From: a virus
Lineage: Duplodnaviria > Caudoviricetes
DNA length: 40,130 bases
Strand: one strand, 5' to 3'
IMG/VR virus record: IMGVR_UViG_3300032334_000790
Span: 1 to 40,130 of that record
Below, piece by piece: positions 28,297 to 36,167 of the stretch (the stretch's first letter is position 1; each line of letters starts with the position of its first letter). The position numbers and the translations under genes are program-made. The notes under the pieces were generated by a model. It searched no databases and was not told the origin of the DNA. It worked only from the letters and a program-made list of their open reading frames with translations.

Positions 28297-28722
28297 ATGA
28301 TCAACAGTCGCAAGATTGAGGATTTGCATCCTTACGTCGCTAAATTGTGTCGGGCCTTTGTTGCCGCCTGTAAGAAAGATGGGATTGATATTCTCATTAC
28401 ATCAACATGGCGTGATCATGAGTCTCAAAACGCTCTTTTCGCGCAAGGTAGAACTAAGCCCGGCAAGATCGTTACTAACGCTAGAGGCGGCAGTTCATTC
28501 CATAATTACAAACTCGCGTTTGACTTTGTTCCTATCGTCAATGGCAAAGCGCAATGGAATGACATCGCTACATTTAAACGTGCTGGCGCTATTGGCAAAA
28601 AGGTCGGCCTAGACTGGGCGGGCGATTGGAAATCATTCCGTGAATACGCCCATCTGCAATGGACTGGCGGCCTATCACTCGCTCAGCTACGCGCTGGCAA
28701 GAAGCCGGTAGAGCCAAAATGA
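28297..28722 (+). CDS. Endolysin, M15-family L-Ala-D-Glu peptidase
   Basis: R...Q..L.AQGRT.PG.IVTNA, SFHNY..AFD, WAGDW, E..HLQ. Confidence 0.9.
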   Translation: MINSRKIEDLHPYVAKLCRAFVAACKKDGIDILITSTWRDHESQNALFAQGRTKPGKIVTNARGGSSFHNYKLAFDFVPIVNGKAQWNDIATFKRAGAIGKKVGLDWAGDWKSFREYAHLQWTGGLSLAQLRAGKKPVEPK

Positions 28723-28862
28723 TTAAAGAACTCATCCACTCAATCTTAGCGCTTCTTGTTCTGGTCTGCATTCTCTTTGGTGCTGCGGTCTTAACTGGCT
28801 GCGACACAGTTAAATACGCCGAGTGCATTGCTAGAGATAATACACGCAACCCTTGTAACTAG
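28719..28862 (+). CDS. Small lipoprotein (47 aa)
   Basis: Signal peptide with lipobox LTGC; ATGA overlap with endolysin stop. Confidence 0.65.
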   Translation: MIKELIHSILALLVLVCILFGAAVLTGCDTVKYAECIARDNTRNPCN

Positions 28863-28871
28863 GAGATAAAT

Positions 28872-29051
28872 ATGACTGCTTTTTTTGCTAACTGGAAAAC
28901 CTCCCTTCCTGGCTTACTCGCTCTTGCCACTGTTCTTTGGAATGCTTGGCAGACAAAAACAGTTTCTTGGGAAGATTTACAGGCCGCTCTTATCGGCGTT
29001 GGATTGTTGGCTGCCAAAGATTTTAACGTCTTAGGCGTTCCTCATAAATGA
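28872..29051 (+). CDS. Holin-like small membrane protein (59 aa; absent from ORF track)
   Basis: AGGAG RBS; MTAFFANWKTSLPGLLALATVLW...IGVGLLAAKD, two TM segments. Confidence 0.7.
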   Translation: MTAFFANWKTSLPGLLALATVLWNAWQTKTVSWEDLQAALIGVGLLAAKDFNVLGVPHK

Positions 29052-29287
29052 TCACAGTAATTTTAAATCTTATCGGCGGGCTGTTCTCACTCGCCGGTAA
29101 GGTCTTTGAATTTATGTATGCACAAAAGCTGATTGATGCTGGAAAGACAGCGCAACAATTAGACGATCTTAGAGGCCAAGTCGATGCTGCGAGAAAAGCC
29201 GTTGAGTTGCGTGAAAAAGCTAGGATTGCTGCTGAGCTTAACCCTTCTAGCGTCATGCAACCAGACGACTTTACCCGCCCTGACTGA
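29048..29287 (+). CDS. Inner-membrane spanin (Rz-like)
   Basis: N-terminal TM plus coiled coil; overlaps a lipoprotein ORF. Confidence 0.65.
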   Translation: MITVILNLIGGLFSLAGKVFEFMYAQKLIDAGKTAQQLDDLRGQVDAARKAVELREKARIAAELNPSSVMQPDDFTRPD

Positions 29288-29411
29288 CCGCGCTGCATTT
29301 TGCGATGTAGCTAGACCTATTTATTGGTCACGCAGAGATACGCCGAAGACAGTAGAACAAATTAAAGAACATAATGCCGTAGGCAAATTATGTGGTTGGG
29401 GGAAAAAATGA
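29184..29411 (+). CDS. Outer-membrane spanin (Rz1-like lipoprotein)
   Basis: Lipobox LASC; FC..ARPIYWS..DT..T..QI..HNA...CGW. Confidence 0.7.
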   Translation: MLREKPLSCVKKLGLLLSLTLLASCNQTTLPALTDRAAFCDVARPIYWSRRDTPKTVEQIKEHNAVGKLCGWGKK

Positions 29412-29653
29412 TCCGTAGCGAAGAAGGATTTTTTAAACATGCTGTTGAAGCAATAGATATTGTTTTTACAACCGCTGGCGAGAAAACATCTGCTGCGGTT
29501 TCTGTCGCTATGATTAGCACACCAGTATGGAAAATGTGGTTACAGAATATATCTGAAACAGCCGCGTTAATTGCCCCGCTGTTGGGCTGCCTGTTTCTTG
29601 GCCTTCAAATTTTACTCAAGGTTATGGAAATAAGCTCCAATAGGGGGAAATGA
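29408..29653 (+). CDS. Small membrane protein (possible second holin/antiholin)
   Basis: Hydrophobic C-terminal segment; ATG 29408 overlaps upstream stop. Confidence 0.55.
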   Translation: MIRSEEGFFKHAVEAIDIVFTTAGEKTSAAVSVAMISTPVWKMWLQNISETAALIAPLLGCLFLGLQILLKVMEISSNRGK

Positions 29654-30768
29654 TGTTGCAAGCTCCAGGCAAAAGCCAACTGGATCAGAGCGTATTGGAA
29701 AAAAGCAAACAGGCATTTGAAGCAACCGGCAACATTACTAAAGCAGCAGAATTATTAGGCATATCACGTAGGGCTTTGCAGCATAGGTTGAAATATATTA
29801 ATAATCCGGCGCAAGGAAAGTTTTCAGCGCCTAAACTTCCATCTTCACTTCCAACAATAGAAGAACTTTTAGAGCGTCGCACGGCTCAAGGCGATAGATC
29901 ATTAGCAGCAGATGAAGCCAGACATCTTATTCCAATTGATGTGCACATTGATGGGCCTTTTGGCTTGTGGGTATGGGGCGACCCGCACATAGACGACGAT
30001 GGTTGCAACCTTCGTTTATTGCGTGAACACGTTGAATTAGCAAAACACCCTCAAATCCTCTCAAGTCACATCGGGGATATAGGGAATTTTTGGATAGGGC
30101 GCCTTTCACGTTTATACGCTCATCAATCAACATCAGTTCACGAAGCTATTATGCTTGCCGAATGGTTGTTGACGCAGCATGACAATGTATTTTGCGTTCT
30201 TGGCAATCATGATTGCTGGCAGGGCGGTGGGATGGAAAATCCTATCAACTGGATCTTAAAACACGCGCAAGGTGTGACTGAAGAACATGGGGTAAGGATA
30301 GCCTTAAACTCACCTAATGGGGTAGTAACCCGCGTAAACGCTCGTCACGACTTCCCAGGCCGAAGTCAATACAACATCAATCACGGCATGCGGCGTGAAC
30401 TGGCCTTTGGCCATAAAGATCACATTCTTGTTTCAGGCCATTTACACTCAGGCGGCGACCAAGGTTTAGCTCACGATGGCGACGGAATGGTGAGCCAGTT
30501 AGTGCGCGTTAGCGGCTATAAGCAGGTCGATCATTACGCCAAGCAACTGAATTTCCCGCCTCAGAAAATTCATCCATCAGCGCTGATTATTATCAATCCC
30601 GATGAGCCAGAAACCAGCCGCGCAAGGGCATGGTGCGCTCCTACTGTAGAGATTGGCGTGAAACTATTAGACGCCATTAGAGCCGATTATTTAGCGAGTA
30701 AGTCAAAGGTGACTAATGCAAATGAGAGATCAGCTAAAACAAGTAACAAAAAATCACTTATTCGTTAG
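29650..30768 (+). CDS. HTH-fused calcineurin-like metallophosphoesterase
   Basis: GNITKAAELLGISR HTH; GDPH, GD, GNHD, GHLH motifs. Confidence 0.85.
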   Translation: MMLQAPGKSQLDQSVLEKSKQAFEATGNITKAAELLGISRRALQHRLKYINNPAQGKFSAPKLPSSLPTIEELLERRTAQGDRSLAADEARHLIPIDVHIDGPFGLWVWGDPHIDDDGCNLRLLREHVELAKHPQILSSHIGDIGNFWIGRLSRLYAHQSTSVHEAIMLAEWLLTQHDNVFCVLGNHDCWQGGGMENPINWILKHAQGVTEEHGVRIALNSPNGVVTRVNARHDFPGRSQYNINHGMRRELAFGHKDHILVSGHLHSGGDQGLAHDGDGMVSQLVRVSGYKQVDHYAKQLNFPPQKIHPSALIIINPDEPETSRARAWCAPTVEIGVKLLDAIRADYLASKSKVTNANERSAKTSNKKSLIR

Positions 30769-30997
30769 TAATATTTACGATCAATTGTTGAAAGGCAGCT
30801 TAGATGTTGCGGAAGCCTACAGCAAAGCCTGCGTAGCGATATACGAATTAGACGCTGAGCTAAATGAACTAAGAAGCAAAATCAGCGCTGGCTACGTTAG
30901 GGCCGATACCTCCCACATCAAATGGCAATCTAAGCATATCCCTCAACCCGTCGATAATGGCGATGAGTGGATAACAACAGGGGCAGAACATGGATGA
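30716..30997 (+). CDS. Hypothetical protein
   Basis: Coupled ORF; SAGYVR motif. Confidence 0.55.
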   Translation: MQMRDQLKQVTKNHLFVSNIYDQLLKGSLDVAEAYSKACVAIYELDAELNELRSKISAGYVRADTSHIKWQSKHIPQPVDNGDEWITTGAEHG

Positions 30998-31211
30998 TGA
31001 TTTTGAGTTCATAGAAGCACCAGACGGACAAATATTCATGCTGCAAGACAAAATATCAGCCCGCACGTTGTCATATATTACTTTGCTTCTTGAGGCTCGG
31101 AATCTGAAAGATCCAGAACTGATTGCCGAAGCGATGGAAATGCTCAAAGCAATACGGATGTCAGTATTGATCCGTGAGCCTCTTGGCGTCGTTAAAGGCG
31201 GAAGGGCTTAA
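30990..31211 (+). CDS. Hypothetical protein
   Basis: Coupled ORF ending VVKGG. Confidence 0.6.
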   Translation: MDDDFEFIEAPDGQIFMLQDKISARTLSYITLLLEARNLKDPELIAEAMEMLKAIRMSVLIREPLGVVKGGRA

Positions 31212-31279
31212 TCAGCGAACAAACCGTGAGCATATTGTGTGTAGTTTTGTGTGTAGTCGGAATGTCAACTAGACACAGT

Positions 31280-31294
31280 GTTCACGGCCTGTTC
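31280..31294. promoter_or_regulatory. Alphaproteobacterial LexA box in attP arm
   Basis: GTTC-ACGGCCT-GTTC. Confidence 0.6.
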
Positions 31295-31350
31295 TGGTTT
31301 TATGAGTCCGTTTGTTCTCATTTTATTCCGCGCCTAAGTGTTTGATTTTA

Positions 31351-31408
31351 TGGCGGAAGAGGTGAGATTCGAACTCACGGTAGGCTTTCACCTACGGCGG
31401 TTTTCAAG
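31351..31408 (-). tRNA. 3' half of tRNA-Ser(TGA), the attP core (not a complete tRNA)
   Basis: Minus strand CTTGAAAACCGCCGTAGGTGAAAGCCTACCGTGAGTTCGAATCTCACCTCTTCCGCCA: anticodon loop, long variable arm, T-loop, CCA. Confidence 0.9.
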
Positions 31409-31453
31409 TCTTGCGTATAAACCGCTTTAACTTATTGATTATATTTAATGTTT

Positions 31454-32515
31454 TCATTGAAGGGTAAAATTTTGTGTGTGATTTTGTGTGTAAATAACAG
31501 GACTGGCGGCTGACTTAGACGCCTTACTTTCTTCCAACGTCAAAAATTCAAGATACATTTCTGTAACTTTTATGCTGCTATGACCCATGTGCTTTTGCAA
31601 GTCGTAAATACTCATTCCACCTTTCAGCGCTTCGACCGCAAATAAATGCCGCAAATCGTGGAAACGATGACCTATAAAAACACGACCTTGCTTGGTCATT
31701 TTAGCCCTTACAGCGCGACGAATGTGCGTGAAGTCTGATGCGGCCATCGTGTATGGCGTTCCATCCGCCTTTGGTAAAATGTAATCGCCATTTTTAGGAA
31801 AATTCTTAAAACTTTCCAAAGCAACCGCATTTAACCTAATAACGCGGCGCTTATTTCCCTTTCCAATGACTTCTAAAGTTCCAGCGTCAGTATCAAATCT
31901 CTCCCACTTTGCCGTCACTAACTCATTTTGACGACAACCAGTCAGCCAAGCGGCCAAAATCAATCGCCCAAAATTAGGCGATGATCCATCAATCATCATA
32001 TAAATTTCTTCATGCTTTGGAAGCTGGATGGGATCACGGCGCTCTTTAAGAATTTTACGTTTGGATAGGGTAGGGTTGCCCTCACGCCAGCCCATAGCCT
32101 CAGCATAAGTCAATACGCGGCTAATAGCCGTTAAATCTCTTCTGATAGTTGCTGGCTTTACGCCCGATCTGCGCCGAATAGCAATATATTCAGCAATCAT
32201 AATGCCATCTATGGCGTCAATGGTAAATTTACGAAAATATGGTTCGGATTGTTTTAACGACGATCCATAACGTCGCGCCGTATTAGGCCCAATTTGTCCC
32301 ATTTCATGGGACACCCATTCAGAAACCGCGTCCCCCCAATAAACAACCTTAATATTATTCCATTTTGCCTTTTTTATCTCGTCAATTGTTTTGTCCCTGA
32401 CTTTCCTTGCAATTTTAATATCGCTTGTGTGAAGCGATCTTCTGAAGAGCTGCCCACGGACTGAAGCCTGTAACCAATAGACTCCGTTGCGTAAGTAGAG
32501 ATTTTTTTCTGACAT
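31454..32515 (-). CDS. int: Tyrosine integrase
   Basis: TGCRQNEL, GKGNK, FHDLRH, MGHSS, TEMY catalytic motifs. Confidence 0.97.
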   Translation of the reverse strand: MSEKNLYLRNGVYWLQASVRGQLFRRSLHTSDIKIARKVRDKTIDEIKKAKWNNIKVVYWGDAVSEWVSHEMGQIGPNTARRYGSSLKQSEPYFRKFTIDAIDGIMIAEYIAIRRRSGVKPATIRRDLTAISRVLTYAEAMGWREGNPTLSKRKILKERRDPIQLPKHEEIYMMIDGSSPNFGRLILAAWLTGCRQNELVTAKWERFDTDAGTLEVIGKGNKRRVIRLNAVALESFKNFPKNGDYILPKADGTPYTMAASDFTHIRRAVRAKMTKQGRVFIGHRFHDLRHLFAVEALKGGMSIYDLQKHMGHSSIKVTEMYLEFLTLEESKASKSAASPVIYTQNHTQNFTLQ

Positions 32516-32685
32516 TCTAATTCCCTCTCTATAATAAACTTTCGCAATTTTTCTTTATCGAAAGTCCAATTCCCCCCAATTTTACCAGCCCCAGGCAAAG
32601 CGCCGTTATTTGCCATTCGCACAACAGTTTCTTTTGTTAAGCCTAAAATATTTGCGGCTTCTTTGGATTTGACGCGCTCTTTCAT
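32374..32685 (-). CDS. xis: Excisionase-like HTH protein
   Basis: EAANILGLTKETVVRMANNGALPGAGKIGGNWTF; overlaps int start. Confidence 0.8.
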   Translation of the reverse strand: MKERVKSKEAANILGLTKETVVRMANNGALPGAGKIGGNWTFDKEKLRKFIIERELECQKKISTYATESIGYRLQSVGSSSEDRFTQAILKLQGKSGTKQLTR

Positions 32686-33057
32686 TTAACTGTCCTTAAA
32701 CATATTTCTGCGTGGCAAGTTAAATTGGCTTTTATCTATTTTTATTGGCTTCTCGTATTTTGTGAAGCCTCTGCTCTTTAGGGTAGGTTTTTTCCTGACG
32801 CCCAAATGCTTAGCTTCCCGCCTTTTCGCCTGCGCAATTTGTTGAACATCAACTTTCGTTTTTTCATCATGGCAAGGAACGCAAAGCAGCTTCGCATTTT
32901 CAAGCGTCGGCTCTCCGAGTAGTCCATCAGCCCTAACATGATCTATTTCCCATTTCTTAGCTAAAGCACCACAACCTTCACAGTAGATATTGTTGTCTTT
33001 GGTGGCTCTTTTAATCACAGCCACCTTGATGGCTTTGCTAAACTCCTTGCGCGCCAT
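32686..33057 (-). CDS. HNH endonuclease
   Basis: CEGC...EIDH...NAKLLCVPCH; start MARKEF at 33057. Confidence 0.85.
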   Translation of the reverse strand: MARKEFSKAIKVAVIKRATKDNNIYCEGCGALAKKWEIDHVRADGLLGEPTLENAKLLCVPCHDEKTKVDVQQIAQAKRREAKHLGVRKKPTLKSRGFTKYEKPIKIDKSQFNLPRRNMFKDS

Positions 33058-33349
33058 TATTAACGGCTCTCCAAACAATCGCACTTCTGCCAGATTTATT
33101 TGGGCGCCGTTCTCCTGTGTCAGAAATAACTCCGCGAATAGCCATCGGCCTAAACCTCGGAGATATAGAAACAATATTAATACCCAAATATTCAGCAACT
33201 TGCTCTGTCGTCATGGCGCCATTATCTTGCAAGGCAGATAAAACCATGTGTTGAAGGTTAGTTACATGCGGCTGAATATCATCAGCAGCCATGTGACTTG
33301 TGTTAGGATCAGAATTTCGTGCGTAAGCGCGGTTTGAAGAAATATTCAT
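33038..33349 (-). CDS. Winged-helix DNA-binding protein
   Basis: ARNSDPNTSH, GAMTTEQVA, SPRF, SGRSAIVW. Confidence 0.7.
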   Translation of the reverse strand: MNISSNRAYARNSDPNTSHMAADDIQPHVTNLQHMVLSALQDNGAMTTEQVAEYLGINIVSISPRFRPMAIRGVISDTGERRPNKSGRSAIVWRAVNNGAQGV

Positions 33350-33738
33350 TACGCGACCTCTTGTTGTTCAGTTTCAAATTTGACGTCTTTCTCAGCGCCA
33401 AAAGCTGCAATTAACTCCAATAGGTTTGTCATTTCTTGTTTGCTCATAGAGCTTGTGCGAAGCCCTAAAACTACAAAGCCGCCTTCAAGACCTGGGACTA
33501 CTTTGGCCTTACGCAGAGAAGCGGTAAAAACATCTTTCCAATCCTCTGCGCTTAGCTTTTCGCCATACCAATCAACTTGACGCGCTATGTCTCCAAGCCT
33601 CGCCCACAACAAACGATTTTGGTCGGCTGTTCTGCATGGCTTTTTGAAGCAGATAAAAGTTCCAGGCGGTGCTTTAGCCACCCAACCTTTTATTTTATGC
33701 TTATCTTCGTCGTTGTTTATTGATAACCAGTTAGGCAT
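33349..33738 (-). CDS. ninB: NinB/Orf recombination mediator
   Basis: RTADQNRLLWARLGDIARQV.W...L..EDWKD...TSSM. Confidence 0.9.
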   Translation of the reverse strand: MPNWLSINNDEDKHKIKGWVAKAPPGTFICFKKPCRTADQNRLLWARLGDIARQVDWYGEKLSAEDWKDVFTASLRKAKVVPGLEGGFVVLGLRTSSMSKQEMTNLLELIAAFGAEKDVKFETEQQEVA

Positions 33739-33739
33739 T

Positions 33740-34003
33740 TTAGTTCCAAGGAATCTCGTCGTCTAAATCTTGATAAGCAGGGCGCTTGTCTGGCGAAGGA
33801 GCATTAGGTTTTTCTGCATCTAAAAGTTCATATTTGAGCTTTTGATATGGCTCGCCGTCTCTTGTTTTATTTGTCCAAGCGCTAACGCGATACATAAAGC
33901 CTTTAATCATCACGACGCCTTTTGCATTAGGTCTGCTATCTCCAGGCTGTTTATCTTTGTTCTTAAATAACGAGCCTTCCATATCTTTATTTTCATAAGC
34001 CAT
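33740..34003 (-). CDS. Single-stranded DNA-binding protein-like
   Basis: GSLFKN, SAW, acidic tail DDEIPW. Confidence 0.65.
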   Translation of the reverse strand: MAYENKDMEGSLFKNKDKQPGDSRPNAKGVVMIKGFMYRVSAWTNKTRDGEPYQKLKYELLDAEKPNAPSPDKRPAYQDLDDEIPWN

Positions 34004-34005
34004 TG

Positions 34006-34494
34006 TTATTTCTCCTTACGAATTGTTATTGCGCCTGTTTTTGACTTGGATGCTTTAATGCCGTGGCCAAAAGCCTCTTGGACATCTGGCTCAACAAGTT
34101 CTTTGATGCGTTTAGCAGCAGCCTCAAACGCTTTTGATGGTGCATAATTTTGATGCCAATCACTGGCAGCATCCGCCCAACTATTGTTGCCGGTCATATC
34201 GACCTTACGCACAGCTTCTATGGGTGCCGGAATATGAACAACAATTGGTTCATCACCAGACTTCACGCATTCCCAAAAATGACGCTCAGCGGCTATTAAT
34301 TGATCCTGATAAATTAGGTCAGCATCGACCTCAAATACCTTCCACTTTTGAGTACCGAAAAATACGCTCAAAAATGCTTTCTGATGGCCACAAACACGCA
34401 TGTTGTGTTGTAACTGGGGAAAATAGCGCTCAAGTATAGCTTCCTCAGTCTGGAAGGCGCTAACGTGCTTTGCTTCAAATATTGCTCTAGACAT
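34006..34494 (-). CDS. C-terminal half of YqaJ/lambda-exonuclease-type nuclease
   Basis: FEAKH (ExK motif), YFPQLQHNM.V, LSVFFG, FW..V; own AGGAG RBS. Confidence 0.8.
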   Translation of the reverse strand: MSRAIFEAKHVSAFQTEEAILERYFPQLQHNMRVCGHQKAFLSVFFGTQKWKVFEVDADLIYQDQLIAAERHFWECVKSGDEPIVVHIPAPIEAVRKVDMTGNNSWADAASDWHQNYAPSKAFEAAAKRIKELVEPDVQEAFGHGIKASKSKTGAITIRKEK

Positions 34495-34747
34495 TGATTT
34501 TCTCCTGCAAATTTAATTCAGCAGGCCATTCCATCCAATGCGTCATTTTTTGAATGCCGTTTTCAAGCATTATATTGACAGGCTCACCTACAATGTCTGT
34601 AAATGCCTCAGTCTCAATGTCCCAAATAACTGGGCCAAATACTTTCTCCCATATTGAACCATCATCATCAGACAAGTATCTGCGCTCAACGCGCACTAAT
34701 AATTGCCCTTTTTTTGGTGCTGTTTCAGCTGGCTCCCAATTAAGCAT
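34487..34747 (-). CDS. DUF551-like small protein inserted within the exonuclease gene
   Basis: WEPAETAPK.G...LLV N-terminus and THWM.WP C-terminus. Confidence 0.7.
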   Translation of the reverse strand: MLNWEPAETAPKKGQLLVRVERRYLSDDDGSIWEKVFGPVIWDIETEAFTDIVGEPVNIMLENGIQKMTHWMEWPAELNLQEKINV

Positions 34748-35042
34748 CTGTCTCTCCGTCTAATGTGCAAAGCATGAATGGAAATTCAGCGCTTATCTGC
34801 TGATCGCCTTGACGCGTTACAGTCTTTCCTGTTTCTTCCTCGAACCAGATGACGTTAAAAGCCTCGGTAAAAGAACCCATGCGAACTGGCAAAACGCGTG
34901 ACAGATCCTCCGGCTCAATTTCACCGCGCTTTTCTTTCCAAAGACGCAAAATCTTTTCTGCGTCACCAGACATAATGATGTTTGCGTCTGATCCACCAAG
35001 ACCTTGCTTGCGGAAATCTTTTTGCTGTTTTGTAAGGCTCAT
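34740..35042 (-). CDS. N-terminal half of YqaJ/lambda-exonuclease-type nuclease
   Basis: R..GLGGSDA, LW.EK.G, G..TE, CTLDG then stop. Confidence 0.85.
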   Translation of the reverse strand: MSLTKQQKDFRKQGLGGSDANIIMSGDAEKILRLWKEKRGEIEPEDLSRVLPVRMGSFTEAFNVIWFEEETGKTVTRQGDQQISAEFPFMLCTLDGETDA

Positions 35043-35452
35043 GCTGCCTCCACAACAGGTTTAAGATCAGTTTTGTCGGCAAATTCATCTTCAGAATAAA
35101 CGCCATAAAGACCAGCAAGTTTAATAATTACTCTGTCTTTGGCGCGCTTCTCAGCCATAGCCCAAACATACGGAGCCATGCGGCCAGATACGCGGTAATT
35201 GGCGTTTACAAGGGCCTCGCCTATTGACCATTCACGCCATTCGCCACGCCAGCCCGTAACTAAGATAACCGCCTCATCACGCTCTGATCGAATAATTGTA
35301 GGAGGTTCAAAAGCAATTTCTAAAGCGGCAGCAAGACGTTCCAAGGCTTTATGTTTTACAACGTAACTCGTTTGTATCTGCCAAACGTCATCACGATTAA
35401 GGGCAACATCATGATTAGCAAATAGTTCTTTTATATCGTTGAGCGCGCTCAT
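35039..35452 (-). CDS. Putative single-strand annealing protein (RecT/Rad52-like fold, short form)
   Basis: GEA...MAEKRAKDRVIIKLAGLYGVYSEDE; adjacent to exonuclease; ATG 35452. Confidence 0.55.
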   Translation of the reverse strand: MSALNDIKELFANHDVALNRDDVWQIQTSYVVKHKALERLAAALEIAFEPPTIIRSERDEAVILVTGWRGEWREWSIGEALVNANYRVSGRMAPYVWAMAEKRAKDRVIIKLAGLYGVYSEDEFADKTDLKPVVEAA

Positions 35453-35630
35453 AAATATCCCTTTCTTTTTTAGCTTGCTGAATAGAGCGAATACCGTCCC
35501 GCAACCATTCGCGGGCGTTTTTTTTGCTTGGGAAATCAACATTAAGCAGTTTGCTTAGACGCAGACTTGAATGAGCCATGCGACGACAGAACGCGGCATG
35601 TTCAAGACAATCATTGAACCAAGGCGTCAT
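35415..35630 (-). CDS. Hypothetical protein
   Basis: Overlapping ORF chain. Confidence 0.5.
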   Translation of the reverse strand: MTPWFNDCLEHAAFCRRMAHSSLRLSKLLNVDFPSKKNAREWLRDGIRSIQQAKKERDIYERAQRYKRTIC

Positions 35631-35793
35631 TTTTAGGATCTGGCCCCATAAGAACTGCGTAAGCCAGCGCTGTGTAACGCTGCTTAGTCGTTAGGGTTTG
35701 CACATGTGTTTGAATGAGAGTGTCAGGCCACAAATCTGGCAGGCCCTCATCGACCGTCCAAAGTTTGTAAGCGTCTAAGATGAGATCCGACAT
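35611..35793 (-). CDS. Hypothetical protein, first gene of the leftward early operon
   Basis: GGAGA RBS at about 35803-35807. Confidence 0.6.
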   Translation of the reverse strand: MSDLILDAYKLWTVDEGLPDLWPDTLIQTHVQTLTTKQRYTALAYAVLMGPDPKNDALVQ

Positions 35794-35821
35794 TGCATGT
35801 ATTCTCCAAATCGGTTAGGAG

Positions 35822-35873
35822 AGAATAGCACGAAATGTGGATATAACAATAATTAATTCCAACAAAAGTGGAA
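35822..35873 (-). promoter_or_regulatory. PL-like promoter with two operators
   Basis: Minus strand TTGTTA-N16-TATTCT; operators TAGCAC-N5-GTGGAT (35826-35842) and TTCCAA-N5-GTGGAA (35857-35873). Confidence 0.6.
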
Positions 35874-35886
35874 TTATTTTAGATTA

Positions 35887-35922
35887 GAACATATTGCGAA
35901 CATCCAAAAATAGCTCTATACA
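35887..35922 (+). promoter_or_regulatory. LexA box overlapping a rightward promoter
   Basis: GAAC-ATATTGC-GAAC (35887-35901) overlapping TTGCGA-N17-TATACA. Confidence 0.7.
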
Positions 35923-35990
35923 AAATATACTTTAGAGGACATATTACATGGGCTATATAAAAGAACTTCAACACAACAGGATAGAAAGTC

Positions 35991-36167
35991 ATGCAGAATC
36001 AAATAGTTACGCCTGCGGTGGGGGGGGGCTCGTATGCTGAGCGTGATCTAAAGATCATTGCCCTGCATATGGCTGCTTTATTGCCCGATAACAAAGATGC
36101 CGCGCTTCAAACGCATGACCTTTTAAAGGCGCTAATTGATGATTGGCTTTATAAAGACAAATCTTGA
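35991..36167 (+). CDS. 58-aa protein, candidate SOS-inducible antirepressor (absent from ORF track)
   Basis: Hand-translated MQNQIVTPAVGGGSYAERDLKIIALHMAALLPDNKDAALQTHDLLKALIDDWLYKDKS; downstream of LexA box; convergent with cI. Confidence 0.55.
   Translation: MQNQIVTPAVGGGSYAERDLKIIALHMAALLPDNKDAALQTHDLLKALIDDWLYKDKS

Larger units (their letters stand above)
31235..31493. mobile_element. attP region: arm-type repeats, IHF-like sites and tRNA-derived core
   Basis: TTGTGTGTAG x2 (31235-31256) and TTGTGTGT x2 (31472-31493) at 12-bp period; WATCAA-N4-TTR matches on minus strand at about 31335-31347 and 31428-31440. Confidence 0.85.

Noticed and set aside
31351-31440. Functional phage tRNA-Ser
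   Set aside because: 5' acceptor strand, D-arm and 5' anticodon stem are absent; similarity stops at the anticodon loop
34487-34747. Group I/II intron, intein or IS in the exonuclease
   Set aside because: The roughly 250-nt insert is fully occupied by a DUF551-like ORF; no intron core, intein motifs, terminal inverted repeats or clear target duplication are visible, and the halves are in different frames
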